Source of the DNA: a virus
Taxonomy: Duplodnaviria > Caudoviricetes
Reading direction: 5' to 3' (one strand)
Length of the DNA stretch: 25,738 bases
Virus record (IMG/VR): IMGVR_UViG_3300025270_001884
Span: 1 to 25,738 of that record
The translations under genes were made by a program, and so were the position numbers. Positions 16,303 to 25,618 of the stretch are shown piece after piece (position 1 is the first letter of the stretch; each line of letters opens with the position of its first letter). The notes under the pieces were generated by a model. The model was given only the letters and a program-made list of their open reading frames with translations. It did not search any database and was not told where the DNA came from.

Positions 16303-16929
16303 TCAGGCCTCCTGATAGCCAACGTTTAGAATTAACCATGACGGAGCCGCCCCTTGCAGTGCGCACTCCACCAACTCGTCGCCCCAGCTGCGCAAGGGGT
16401 CGCCAATTTCAGAGGCGCCAATCTCGGCCTCCCGAACCACGCCGGCCGGCAGAAGAACATCCCAGGCCCAGAGCCAGTCTTCCCCGCTCATCGGGTCTCC
16501 GATTTCAGCGCCGCGAGGCCCCAAGCCGTTCTCCAGCTCCACGGTGGCCTCCTGGTGCTCAATGATCTGGGCGCCTTCGTAGCCCAGGCCTGCACACAGG
16601 TCTATGTAGTCCTGGCGCCGCAGGCCGCCCCGGCCGACAATCCGACCAATCAAAGCCACGCGGCGATCAGCCAGACTCTGCTCTGCTGGCGCGCACTCGC
16701 TCGGGAGCCCGTAGCTGCCCTCCCAATCAGGGAACAGCACATCTGCTTCTCTGGGGTCCGCCTCGCTCAACAGCTGCTGCGCCCGGGAGTCAACGCGGGT
16801 GAACTCCTGAGCAGAGCCATCCAGGAGGCGCTGCACATTGCTGTCAGGGTCCGCCGGCCAGACAATGCCAGGCGGCAGCAGACTGAAAAGCAGACCGCGA
16901 TAGTCGTCAGCAGTCAGCCCTGAAGCCAT
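16303..16929 (-). CDS. Mu gp48-like baseplate protein (YmfQ/DUF2313 family)
   Basis: Y..LLFSLLPPGIVW, LLSEADPR, PDWEGSYGLP.EC and PLRSWGDELVEC. Follows baseplate J. Start taken at ATG 16929. Confidence 0.85.
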   Translation of the reverse strand: MASGLTADDYRGLLFSLLPPGIVWPADPDSNVQRLLDGSAQEFTRVDSRAQQLLSEADPREADVLFPDWEGSYGLPSECAPAEQSLADRRVALIGRIVGRGGLRRQDYIDLCAGLGYEGAQIIEHQEATVELENGLGPRGAEIGDPMSGEDWLWAWDVLLPAGVVREAEIGASEIGDPLRSWGDELVECALQGAAPSWLILNVGYQEA

Positions 16930-17966
16930 GTTGCACCTCCCCAAAGCGGCAGCACGCCAGCGCCATGAGTTACATCAGCGGTTGGCCATTGCAGGTCGTA
17001 ATCCTCAACACCTGGCGCCAAACTGATTGCCGCACGAATTCGGCTCAGCAGCAGCGTGCCGCCGGGCTTGCCTTCGCGCTCCACCAGGTCCGACAGCGCC
17101 TGCTCGGTTGCTGCGCGGACATCCTCGGTATTCGGTGTCACTGCCAGCTCGGGCACGAACGCCTGGGTATCAGGCGCCACCACGTAGATGTGAGCAGTGA
17201 CGTTCTTGCGCTCTTCGATATAAGAAAAAACAGTATCCAGAAGCTGCTGAGACGGCAGCGGCCCATCGGTGGCGTCATCCGCCATGACCCGAACCACCAC
17301 AGAACCGGGGCCCATGCCTTTAGGGTCTTCCCAGGCGCGAGTAACACCCGGCACTTCCAGCGCCCAGCCTTCCCAGTCGCCTTTGGCGCCACCACGCGGC
17401 ACCCGGGCTCGGCGTAACAAAATGCGATCGCGCCAGCTGTTGTATGTCTCCAGATCTGCGCCGCCCTTGATGCCGTCAGCGCCGACAATGGCGGTGGAAG
17501 CAATACCAGGAACCGGGGAAACCAGGCGCAGCTCCGCGCCGGCATCCTGATCACCTGCTGCGCCAGCTTCGACGGCCTCAAGCGGCACGATGGCGGTTCC
17601 GCCTGAAACCAGCACCTCCTCGGTCACTTCATACTCGATGCCATCCTTCTGCAGGCGGGTGCCGGCCACGACCGGCTCACCGTCCGCGCCCTCCAGCGTT
17701 ACATCACCACTGGCCTTGGCCGCCAGCCGGCGCGGCACGCCGGCGCTGTGCAGGTGCAGCAGGTCGTCATCGCAGGTCTCCGGGAACAGCTGGCGCTCAA
17801 GCCACTGCAAGTAGCCGTACAGGCCGTGAGTTACACCGGCCTGGCTGGTGGCCAGGGCTTGGGTGATGCGCACGGCCAGAGCTGCTTTTTTGCTGGGCAA
17901 GCGGGAAAGCAGATCCTGGTCAATTCGCGCCATCAACTCCGGCAGCGGGGGTCGTTTATAGCCCAT
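16914..17966 (-). CDS. Baseplate J / Mu gp47-like wedge protein
   Basis: RPPLPEL, HGLYGYLQWLERQLFPETCD, GGADLE...RDRIL and GGAKGDWEGWALEVPGVTRAW motifs, plus synteny. Confidence 0.92.
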   Translation of the reverse strand: MGYKRPPLPELMARIDQDLLSRLPSKKAALAVRITQALATSQAGVTHGLYGYLQWLERQLFPETCDDDLLHLHSAGVPRRLAAKASGDVTLEGADGEPVVAGTRLQKDGIEYEVTEEVLVSGGTAIVPLEAVEAGAAGDQDAGAELRLVSPVPGIASTAIVGADGIKGGADLETYNSWRDRILLRRARVPRGGAKGDWEGWALEVPGVTRAWEDPKGMGPGSVVVRVMADDATDGPLPSQQLLDTVFSYIEERKNVTAHIYVVAPDTQAFVPELAVTPNTEDVRAATEQALSDLVEREGKPGGTLLLSRIRAAISLAPGVEDYDLQWPTADVTHGAGVLPLWGGATWLQG

Positions 17967-17977
17967 TTAAATCTCCG

Positions 17978-18424
17978 TTATGCAGCGTTTCGCCATACGT
18001 AGTCGTATTTCTGGTCCAGCACCGATTCACCGCCGCGGCGGATCACTACCTGCAGCGCCAAGGTCTCCCGGCCAGCTGTCCAGGCATCCACCTCAACGGT
18101 GTCGGCAACCTCGTCTTCAATCAGCCAGGCCAGCGCTTCCTCGGCGTATTCCTTGGCCCGGCGCAGCACGTCTTCTTGCCGCTTTTCGCGGCCAATCAGC
18201 CATAGCCGGGAGCCGTGCGGCCGGTCGCGGTAGACATCGGCCCAATAGCCCCGGCGGTCGCCGGTACCGTCCGGCAACTGATCCTCTTCCAGGGCGCGGC
18301 GGTCGGTGAAAAGCGACAGGATCACAGCTGTTTGCAGCCCCTCATCGGTGGCCAGGTCGCCGTCTTCCATTGCCAGGTCAAAGCGCTGCGCGCCCGGGTC
18401 GTATTTCATTGCGATATCCATCAA
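17978..18424 (-). CDS. Mu gp46-like baseplate protein
   Basis: LQTAVILSLFTDRRA, RRGYWAD, GSRLWL and AKEYAEEALAWLIED are GP46-family motifs. Confidence 0.92.
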   Translation of the reverse strand: MMDIAMKYDPGAQRFDLAMEDGDLATDEGLQTAVILSLFTDRRALEEDQLPDGTGDRRGYWADVYRDRPHGSRLWLIGREKRQEDVLRRAKEYAEEALAWLIEDEVADTVEVDAWTAGRETLALQVVIRRGGESVLDQKYDYVWRNAA

Positions 18425-19017
18425 CCCATCCCCTGGTTAGGCGGATCTGTCGGCCCGCCGTTGTCGTTCTCGTTGTGGTTGTGGCTGTTGTAGGTGTCGC
18501 GCATGGCCTGCATGGTGCCCACGCCATCGCGGATCTGGCCGCCGGCCTCAATGTCGCCAGGGGTGATCACTTTCGGCGTATTCAGGGTCACACTGGTGCT
18601 GCAGTTGAAGACGGCTTGCGGCGCGGTCACTTCCACCTTGCTGCCCGCCTTCACGCTGATCAGCTTGCCGCGCTTAAAACGGATCTCGTCGCCTTCATCG
18701 GTGTACAGGCAGACCTCGCCAGCTTGCAGGCCCTTGGGGCGGTACCGCCGATCGTCCACCGACAACGCAACCAGGTGGGCGCGGGCGCCACCGATGGCCG
18801 CCACGATTGCTTCGGCCCCCGGGTGGGGGTGACTGGTATAGCCGTACTGCTGAAACCTCTCTGCCCAGGCCGGTTGATCACCCAGCAGTGACACCTGCAC
18901 CCGCTGAAGCTTCAGGCTGTCATCCACCAGCCTGACCACGCCCCGGGACACCAGCAGGCGGATACGCCGCCAGATTGGCCCCAGCAGTCTTTGCCAAGTC
19001 CTGCGCTGATCCCTCAT
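18421..19017 (-). CDS. Mu gp45-like baseplate central spike (baseplate assembly protein V)
   Basis: ERFQQYGYTSHP, DDRRYRPKGLQAGEVCLY and C-terminal YNSHNH (HxH iron-binding apex). Start at ATG 19017 overlapping the upstream TAA. Confidence 0.9.
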   Translation of the reverse strand: MRDQRRTWQRLLGPIWRRIRLLVSRGVVRLVDDSLKLQRVQVSLLGDQPAWAERFQQYGYTSHPHPGAEAIVAAIGGARAHLVALSVDDRRYRPKGLQAGEVCLYTDEGDEIRFKRGKLISVKAGSKVEVTAPQAVFNCSTSVTLNTPKVITPGDIEAGGQIRDGVGTMQAMRDTYNSHNHNENDNGGPTDPPNQGMG

Positions 19018-20081
19018 TACCACCCCCAGCCAGCTGGCGTGTCGCTGGATTTGTCCGATTCCGGCTCTGGTACCGGAACCGGCTCGAAGGCCTCCGGCGG
19101 GGCAATGCGCAGTTCAGCCGTGCGGCCCTGCTCACTCTCCACCAGCTGCACATCGCTGATCAGCATGCGCGCATTCAGCCCCAGGTAATGGTCCCGCACC
19201 GGCACCAGGTCACCCGGCCGCCACACGCCTTGCTCGTGCCTCCAGGTGCCCACGGTGTAGGTCACGCCCCGGCTCTGAGCCCAGCGCATGCGGGCTTCCA
19301 GCTCTGCCCGGGCCTTGCAGTCCGCCGCATCGGCCGGGGTATCGCTGACAATCAGCGTGGAGCGGGGCTTGCGAATTCGGGGGTCGGTCGCTGCGGCCGT
19401 AGGGCCGGCTGCGTCTGCGCCGTTCCATTCGTCATCGCCAGGCGTCTGCCCCTCTACCACGTACACGTTGAACCGGTCCCGGTCCGAAAAGCGCCCGGAG
19501 GCCTTGCGGATATTCCCCCCCAGCACCAGCGGCGTGCGGATCTCGCGCTGGACCGCGTGAACAATCACCAGGCGGCCCTGGGCGTCGCTGACAATGCGTG
19601 CGCCCCGGATCTGTGCCGCCCGCTCAAGGGCTTCTGCCACCGGCTGGCCATCTTCCAAAGTGAAGTCGCGGAAGGGCTTGTTGTTGCCCACCTTGTCCAC
19701 CACCTCAATGCCGAAGGGCTCGGCCAGCTTGCGGGCAATCTGCACCAGGGAGAGCCCGGCCAGCGGGGTGTCCTTGCCGCTGCAGTCGATCAGGTCCGCC
19801 GCCTTGCTGCGGCCACTGGCGGAGATGGTGTGGCTGGTGGCGTCGTAGTCCGGCAGCACCTCATCCAGGTAACCGGTTACCACCACTTCATCGCCCACCA
19901 TCACCACACACTCGGGGCCTGGCTGCACTGGCCGCACCTGGCCGGATTCCGCCCAGCGCTCGGTCAGGGTCAGGTCGAAGCTGTCGGCGATCTGCTCAAG
20001 CGAGAGGCGAATGCGCACCTCTTGCCAGCCCTGGTGGCGGTCACTGCCGATCTGAAGTACTACCGGCTCCCGATCACTCAC
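19017..20081 (-). CDS. Mu gp44 (GpP)-like baseplate hub/tail protein
   Basis: GWQEVRIRLSLEQIADSFDL, SGRSKAADLIDCS and WRPGDLVPVRD motifs, plus synteny. Confidence 0.9.
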   Translation of the reverse strand: MSDREPVVLQIGSDRHQGWQEVRIRLSLEQIADSFDLTLTERWAESGQVRPVQPGPECVVMVGDEVVVTGYLDEVLPDYDATSHTISASGRSKAADLIDCSGKDTPLAGLSLVQIARKLAEPFGIEVVDKVGNNKPFRDFTLEDGQPVAEALERAAQIRGARIVSDAQGRLVIVHAVQREIRTPLVLGGNIRKASGRFSDRDRFNVYVVEGQTPGDDEWNGADAAGPTAAATDPRIRKPRSTLIVSDTPADAADCKARAELEARMRWAQSRGVTYTVGTWRHEQGVWRPGDLVPVRDHYLGLNARMLISDVQLVESEQGRTAELRIAPPEAFEPVPVPEPESDKSSDTPAGWGW

Positions 20082-21324
20082 TTAACACCTCCAGCTCCAT
20101 GCCGCCGCGCAGGGCGCCGGGATGGCGGGCACCGTTGCGCACCACAATTTCATCGGCTCGGGTGGCATCGCCGTACAGGCTGTGAGCCACTACCAGCGCG
20201 GGCAGCGTGGCCTGCGGCGTGTGCGTGGTCATGCCTGGCAGCGACACCGCCCGCGTGCGCAGGTCTTCGCTGACCTTCGCCCGCAGATCCACCAGCGAGG
20301 CATAGACCGCGTCTGTAATGGCTTCATCGGTGGTCATCTGGCGGTCAATCAGCGCCAGCGTGTTGTCTCCAGCCTCCAGGGCCTCCTGGCGGCTGGGCCA
20401 GTCGGTTTCCGCTGTCAGGCGGGCGGCGGCCAGGGTGGCTGCGCGGCCATTGAGCTGCCGGGCCGCCATGGTGTTCTGGGCGCGCTGGATGCGCTCCGGG
20501 GTGTCGGCCACCGGCGGGGTTACCGAATCACCACTGGTACCAGTCGCCAGCAGCAACCGGGATGCCCGGGTGGGCGTACCTGGCGTCAGCCGAACCTGGC
20601 CGCCGCCTTCGTCGTTGCTCTTGCCCAGGATGGTGTTGCCGCTGTAGAGGTCCAGGGCATTGATGGGGCGCATGACGGCATTGCGCAGGCGGTTATAGCC
20701 ACCGAGCACAATGCCCACCATGTTCATGGGGGCGCGGATCTGGGCCGCCACCTGGTCGGCCACATCGCCCACCACCTCGTTAACGCCTTGCACCACCGCT
20801 GCCAGATCACGCTCGACGGCCGTCAGCGACCAGCCCAGCAGGCCCTCCACGCTCCACTTGTCGGCGAAGTCCTGGGCCAGCGCTTCCTCGAACGCGTCCG
20901 CCGCCTTTCGCACCTCCCGCTGGGTGTCCACGGTGGTGGCCGGGTAGGCCTCCCGGCCAGCCTCGGAGAAGGTCACCTGGAAGGTGGCCGTGCCGCCTTC
21001 GCGGGTGCTTTCGCTGAACTTCACATCACTGGCAACGGCCGAAAAGCTGCCCAGGTACGGATGCACCAGCGTAGCCGGGCCCGGGGCGTCCAGCGCTTCC
21101 AGGAGGGCGTCCCGCTCCCGGTCGTAGTCGTCACCGGCCACGAACAGCTGCAGGCGCCATTCCTTGGCCTTGCGGCCCATGTCTTCGGCGTAGGGCTTGT
21201 CCCGGCGCGGGTACTCGTGGATCAGCCAGCGGCGGCCGCCGGTGGTGTCGGAGCGCTCCACATGGAAGCGCACCCCGCGATAGGAGCCCGTCAGTTCCGG
21301 GTCGATACGGTCACGCCAGGTCAT
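20074..21324 (-). CDS. Mu gp43 (N)-like DNA circularization protein
   Basis: SYRGVRFHVE, HEYPRRDKPYAEDMGR, LDAPGPATLVHPYLG and C-terminal PALVVAHSLYGDATRADEI..RN...HP. Confidence 0.92.
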   Translation of the reverse strand: MTWRDRIDPELTGSYRGVRFHVERSDTTGGRRWLIHEYPRRDKPYAEDMGRKAKEWRLQLFVAGDDYDRERDALLEALDAPGPATLVHPYLGSFSAVASDVKFSESTREGGTATFQVTFSEAGREAYPATTVDTQREVRKAADAFEEALAQDFADKWSVEGLLGWSLTAVERDLAAVVQGVNEVVGDVADQVAAQIRAPMNMVGIVLGGYNRLRNAVMRPINALDLYSGNTILGKSNDEGGGQVRLTPGTPTRASRLLLATGTSGDSVTPPVADTPERIQRAQNTMAARQLNGRAATLAAARLTAETDWPSRQEALEAGDNTLALIDRQMTTDEAITDAVYASLVDLRAKVSEDLRTRAVSLPGMTTHTPQATLPALVVAHSLYGDATRADEIVVRNGARHPGALRGGMELEVLSE

Positions 21325-23012
21325 GGAGCCACCCCAAGCACGCCAGATTCCACATCAAAATCCATCCCCCCATTGCGGCGAGCCTCGGCAATCCGGGGCC
21401 GACCTTCAGAATCCACCACAATGCGCAGTTCGCCGCCCACATCTGCACGGGCAGGACCTGGCATTGCCCTGGACTCGCCACCGGCAACCGGTGCCCCGCT
21501 GGGTTTAGGGGCCTCCATGCCACCCAGGCCCAGCCGTTCTTTGGCCCAGTCCGGCATCCACTCCGTCAACTCTGTGACTTTGGTTGAAAGCCAGCTGGTC
21601 AGCTCGGACCACTGGCCCTCAATCCCTGTCCACAGGCCACCAATCCACTCCTGACCGATCTCGGACAGCGGCCGCGCGCCGAACAACTCAAAGACCGCAT
21701 CAATACCCTTCATGAGCAGACCGGCCGGACTGAAGGCCAGCAGGTCCGCCACAATCTCGCCGATGCCCCGGTCAAAGAAGGCTTTAATGCTGCCCCACAG
21801 ATTGCCAAACCACTCCGAGATGCCGTCCCAGTTTTTGTAAATCAGGTATGCCGCACCAGCTACAGCCGCAATACCGGCCACGATCCAACCGATCGGCGTG
21901 GTCAGGAAGGCCATGCCCAGGGCGCGCACACCGGCAATGGCCGCCGGTATCGCCCTGACACTCATCAAGATCAGCTGCTTGCCCATGCCGAACAGCGCCA
22001 AAACGGTCCTGCCGATCGCCAGCAGCAACCGCCCCGCCATGACGCCGGCGAGAATCATCAGGAGATTGCCAAACCCCCCGACCGCGTCAGCTGCCCAGCT
22101 GACAATCTCCCAGACCCTCTTAATGCCGCCCGCAATGTCGCGGATGGCCGAAATGATGCGCTCAGAGACTGCCTCACGATTGGCCGCGCCCAAGTCGCCC
22201 ATGCCGCCGATCCAGTCATTGATGGCCGGCAGGAGATCGCCAACCACGGAGGCCTGAATACCGAACAAAACCTGCTTTAAATCACCCATCTGACGGGTGT
22301 ATTCGCGGCTGTTCTCGATCTCTTCCGGGGTCAGGATGGCGCCTTTATCACGGCCAGCCTGCTTCATGGCCTCGATCTCTTCCCGACTGGCGCCGAGCAT
22401 GGCCACCATTTGTTCGGCACCCTGGCCGCCAAAGATTTCATCCATTACCCGCTGGCGCGCGGCGTCGTTTTCCAGGTTGCCCAGGCGGGAGCGCACCAGG
22501 TCGAACATGGCGGCGGTGTCGCCACCGGTTGCCCGCAACTCATCAACACCGATGCCCAGGCGCTGGAAGGCTTCAGCAGCCGGGCCTCCGGCGGTCATCA
22601 CAAATTCATCTGCCCTCATGGACAGCTCTTTCAGCCCGTCCACCAGGGCGTCATTGCCGACGCCGAACTGCTTGCCGACATAGAACCACTCCTGGAGCCA
22701 GGTGGTGCCCACTTTCACACGCTCGGCGCTTTCCTGGACGGCGGTGCCCACATCGGTGACGCCAGACACAAATCGCTCAGCGCCATACGCGGCCCCGGCC
22801 GTAATGCCGGTCATCCAGAGCAGGTTTTGCCCCAGCCCCTTGGCGCGCTCTGTCACTTCCCCCAGGCGGGAGCCGACCCGGCGGGCAGAGGCCGAGAGCC
22901 GGTCAAAGCCGGTGCGCTGAGACAGTCCAGACAGCGAGGCGGTAATGCGCCGAACCGGGCGTGTTACCCGGTCCACCAGCTCGATCACCACACTGGTCGT
23001 CATGTTAGCCAT
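21321..23012 (-). CDS. Tail tape measure protein
   Basis: 563 aa, Ala/Gly-rich and helical, N-terminal VDRVTRPVRRI, hydrophobic segment ending PIGWIVAGIAAVAGAAYLIYKNWD. Position after the chaperones. Confidence 0.88.
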   Translation of the reverse strand: MANMTTSVVIELVDRVTRPVRRITASLSGLSQRTGFDRLSASARRVGSRLGEVTERAKGLGQNLLWMTGITAGAAYGAERFVSGVTDVGTAVQESAERVKVGTTWLQEWFYVGKQFGVGNDALVDGLKELSMRADEFVMTAGGPAAEAFQRLGIGVDELRATGGDTAAMFDLVRSRLGNLENDAARQRVMDEIFGGQGAEQMVAMLGASREEIEAMKQAGRDKGAILTPEEIENSREYTRQMGDLKQVLFGIQASVVGDLLPAINDWIGGMGDLGAANREAVSERIISAIRDIAGGIKRVWEIVSWAADAVGGFGNLLMILAGVMAGRLLLAIGRTVLALFGMGKQLILMSVRAIPAAIAGVRALGMAFLTTPIGWIVAGIAAVAGAAYLIYKNWDGISEWFGNLWGSIKAFFDRGIGEIVADLLAFSPAGLLMKGIDAVFELFGARPLSEIGQEWIGGLWTGIEGQWSELTSWLSTKVTELTEWMPDWAKERLGLGGMEAPKPSGAPVAGGESRAMPGPARADVGGELRIVVDSEGRPRIAEARRNGGMDFDVESGVLGVAP

Positions 23013-23166
23013 CGCGCTTCATCTCCTCGGCCAGCTGCTCTGCCTGGTGAAACCACCACACCAGGTCGTCTACATCCATCTCCAGCAGATCCACCGGGTT
23101 AAACCCGGTGAACGCCACCGATACCGTGCGTATTAGCGCCGCCCAGTCTTGCGGCGTTTGGGCAAA
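23005..23166 (-). CDS. -1 frame extension of the tail assembly chaperone (GpE'/gpT-like)
   Basis: Open -1 frame FAQTPQDWAALIRTVSVAFTGFNPVDLLEMDVDDLVWWFHQAEQ... with the 'F.P.e...M...eL..W...A' pattern, reached via slippery T TTT TTG at 23169-23163. Confidence 0.72.
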   Translation of the reverse strand, partial: FAQTPQDWAALIRTVSVAFTGFNPVDLLEMDVDDLVWWFHQAEQLAEEMKRDG

Positions 23167-23558
23167 AAAGGCTCCACCAGCGCCAGGCACACGTCCATGT
23201 CCCGGGCGTCCAACTCGTCCATGGCGTGGGCCGGGACGCCGGCCAGGGCAGCCACCAGGGCCAGACCCTTGCCGATCTCACCCGTGGCCTGGTCCATCTT
23301 CTTGAGGTGCTTGCCCTTAACCTTCCGGGGCAGCACCAGCGTGGTTGCCCGCTCCTCGTCATCCAGCTTGCTCCGACGGTATGTGATGGATTCCAGCAGC
23401 GTCACCGCCAGGGCATCGCCACGGTCTTCCACGCGCTCGAATTCGTCCGGCGACAGATTGGCGTCCACTGCCCACTTGGGCATCTTCTGCGGCGCCTGCT
23501 CGGCCTGCTCATCCTGCGCGCCCTGGTTCTCGATCTGATCCACTTCGTGTTCGCTCAT
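23133..23558 (-). CDS. Tail assembly chaperone (Mu gp41-like)
   Basis: Between tube and tape measure. C-terminal LVAALAGVP...MDELDARD...V..FL pattern of gp41-type chaperones. Confidence 0.82.
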   Translation of the reverse strand: MSEHEVDQIENQGAQDEQAEQAPQKMPKWAVDANLSPDEFERVEDRGDALAVTLLESITYRRSKLDDEERATTLVLPRKVKGKHLKKMDQATGEIGKGLALVAALAGVPAHAMDELDARDMDVCLALVEPFLPKRRKTGRR

Positions 23559-23561
23559 CGG

Positions 23562-23918
23562 TTACACCCTTTCGCATGTGCGGGCGGCCATGTTCAGGCG
23601 AACCTGGCCCTCACCGCTGTCGAGTTCTGCCGTCTCGGTGACAAACGCCCCGGTCAGCATGTAGTCCTGCCCGTTATCGCACTCGAACAGCACCGTAGCG
23701 CCGGTGATCTTCCCGACCTCGATCAGGTCAATCTCTTCGGAGTGCAGGACAGTAGCCTGCAGCGTTGGCGCCACCGGCTCCTCGTTGTAGTAGGTGCGAC
23801 GGCCTGCCATCTTCGGCGTGCGATTCACACCGCCCGGGTTCAGGGTTGCGCCGCGCTCTGTGGGGTATTCCTGGCCATCAACGCGAATGGTGGCCACCCC
23901 TGTAATGCGTCCGCTCAT
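23562..23918 (-). CDS. Tail tube protein (Mu gpM-like)
   Basis: 118 aa, RITGVATIRVDG, GGVNR, ATVLFECDNGQDY.L.GA. Directly after the sheath gene. AGGAG SD. Confidence 0.9.
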   Translation of the reverse strand: MSGRITGVATIRVDGQEYPTERGATLNPGGVNRTPKMAGRRTYYNEEPVAPTLQATVLHSEEIDLIEVGKITGATVLFECDNGQDYMLTGAFVTETAELDSGEGQVRLNMAARTCERV

Positions 23919-23957
23919 AGCTCTTTACGCTCCTGTTAAACGGTGTTTAACCGGCGC

Positions 23958-25442
23958 TTAGCGCCGGAACTGGGTTTGCTGGGCATGCACGCGGTACTGG
24001 CCAATCAGCATTGGCGAGTCCAGAACGTTCAGGCGGGCCGGGTCGTTCGGGTCGATATTGGCCCGCAGGGTTTCCGCGTAGCCTTCGTAATCCCGGGTCC
24101 AGCCATAGGCACCCATGAGAGTGAGGCGGTACAGGCTCAGCAGCTCGGTGCGCGCCAGCTTCGGCGTCATGATCGGCTGGCTGGGGTCGTAGAATTCCCG
24201 GTCTTCGTCGGCGGCCAGCTTGTGGCGCGGATACTTCTGCGCAAACAGGCTGATCTGCTCGAAACGGATGCGCTCCAGGGTCTCCGGCACGTTGATGTCC
24301 AGGTAGCTGTCATCGGCAACACCGGCGTCGTTTTCCTGGTAAGTGGTGATCTGGCGCTCAATGCGTACGCTGCCGTCGCTGGCCACGGTGTAAGTGGCAA
24401 TGCCATCGAACAGCAGCAGATTGCGCTCGGAGTCCTGCCACTGCAGATCCTTAACCGGTGGCATAACACCTGGCAGCTTGAGGGTCTGCAGGGGCCGGGC
24501 CGGGTCGATGCCCAGGGACTTGGCCGCCACAATCGCGTCGGTCGCGCACCACAACCAGGTGGGCGTGGGCGAGATGTTCGTGCCCATGATGGACAGGTGC
24601 GGCGAGTTGCGGCCGCTGCCCAGGGTGGCGGTGTCGCTGTGATTGCCCCGGTAAGCGGCAAACGCCCGGCCACCGATCTGGCGCATGGGGCCGTAGCGAT
24701 CGGCCAGCTCGTCTTCAATGGCCTGCAGGCTTGCGGTGTCGGTGTATGGCAGCGCCAGCCAGTTCCACCACTCACTGCCCATGGCGGCAATGACCGGGTC
24801 CATGCTCGGGTTCACCGCACCGCCGGTCGGCTGGGTATAGGTCAGCTTCAGGCCACCGGGGCGCTGTTCGCCCAGGGCGCTGTCGCGCAGGTCGATATCG
24901 TTGCCGGTTTCACCGCCCCAGCGGCAGGTCAGGTTCACCAGGCTGGGCGTGGTGCCGTCCACGGCGGCGGTAACGGCCATGCGGTCGTCTGCGTTCACCG
25001 CATCCACAATGGCCTGGGCCACCACCTGGGGATCGTCGCCGCCCTCCATGCTGACCCACACGCGACGGCCCGCCACGTACAGCGCCAACGGGCGGGTTTC
25101 CGTAGGCGATGTAGTCACCTCAATGGAGCCCTTGGCCTTTGTGGCTGTCTCGGCGTCGTCCAGGGCAATCGCCCAGGTCTCGGTGTACAGGTCCACGTCT
25201 TTGATGGCGCGCATCATCTCGGCCAGCATGGAGCCGCGACCAAACAGCTCGTCGCCCTGGTCAGGCCGAGTAACCCGCACCAGCGAGCCCGCGTCCTGGC
25301 TGCCGGTTGCCAGCTTCTGGCCGATCACCAGCAGCTTGCCCTGGAAAACGGCATTGCCCGCCAGAGAGTTGTCGAATTCGATGTACCAGCCCGGAATCCG
25401 CAGGGCGGCCGGGATGCTGTTAAACATGGTGGAACTGATCAT
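23958..25442 (-). CDS. Contractile tail sheath protein (Mu gpL-like)
   Basis: IPAALRIPGWYIEFDNSLA, FGRGSMLAEM, DPARPLQTL, RNLLLFDGIAT and IERQITTYQEN..G..DDSYLD motifs. Confidence 0.95.
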   Translation of the reverse strand: MISSTMFNSIPAALRIPGWYIEFDNSLAGNAVFQGKLLVIGQKLATGSQDAGSLVRVTRPDQGDELFGRGSMLAEMMRAIKDVDLYTETWAIALDDAETATKAKGSIEVTTSPTETRPLALYVAGRRVWVSMEGGDDPQVVAQAIVDAVNADDRMAVTAAVDGTTPSLVNLTCRWGGETGNDIDLRDSALGEQRPGGLKLTYTQPTGGAVNPSMDPVIAAMGSEWWNWLALPYTDTASLQAIEDELADRYGPMRQIGGRAFAAYRGNHSDTATLGSGRNSPHLSIMGTNISPTPTWLWCATDAIVAAKSLGIDPARPLQTLKLPGVMPPVKDLQWQDSERNLLLFDGIATYTVASDGSVRIERQITTYQENDAGVADDSYLDINVPETLERIRFEQISLFAQKYPRHKLAADEDREFYDPSQPIMTPKLARTELLSLYRLTLMGAYGWTRDYEGYAETLRANIDPNDPARLNVLDSPMLIGQYRVHAQQTQFRR

Positions 25443-25618
25443 GCGTCAGCCTCCTTTTTCACAGTGGCCTTGGCCTTCGCCGGCGCCTTGGCCTCAACGA
25501 TGGACCCTTCTGCCTTGCGGCGTGCCCAGTGGCCGTTCCAGTTCACCCACGCGCCCTCGGCGGGCAGGGGTTGGCCGTTATGCGGCTGGCGCACGACCAG
25601 GCCTTTTTTGGGGTTCAT
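25439..25618 (-). CDS. DUF2635 / Mu gp38-like small protein (59 aa, possibly 5'-truncated)
   Basis: Not in the ORF track. Own translation: MNPKKGLVVRQPHNGQPLPAEGAWVNWNGHWARRKAEGSIVEAKAPAKAKATVKKEADA*. ATGA overlap with the sheath start. No SD upstream and an in-frame TAA three codons before the ATG. Confidence 0.75.
   Translation of the reverse strand: MNPKKGLVVRQPHNGQPLPAEGAWVNWNGHWARRKAEGSIVEAKAPAKAKATVKKEADA

Larger units (their letters stand above)
12816..25618 (-). mobile_element. Mu-like (transposable myovirus-type) prophage, tail module and right end, carrying a DGR
   Basis: Collinear Mu gp38-gp48-like gene order with tightly overlapping start/stop codons. Visibly higher GC than the adjacent defence island. 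Candidate TG terminus at 12816. Boundaries are inferred. Confidence 0.85.

Noticed and set aside
16301-16366. ORF-track 5' extension of the tail-fibre stub (111 aa)
   Set aside because: Overlaps the gp48-like gene. ATG 16300 has a strong SD and matches the expected fibre N-terminus.
16303-25442. Tail cluster as a stand-alone tailocin or contractile injection system
   Set aside because: Gene order and families are Mu-type (including the DNA circularization protein) with a candidate transposable-phage end. Head genes would lie outside the window, so this is not supported but cannot be fully excluded.
15680-25618. A second VR/target for the DGR
   Set aside because: No further copy of the TR or its 3' GTCTGTGAC segment was spotted by eye in the window. 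Remote targets elsewhere in the genome cannot be excluded.
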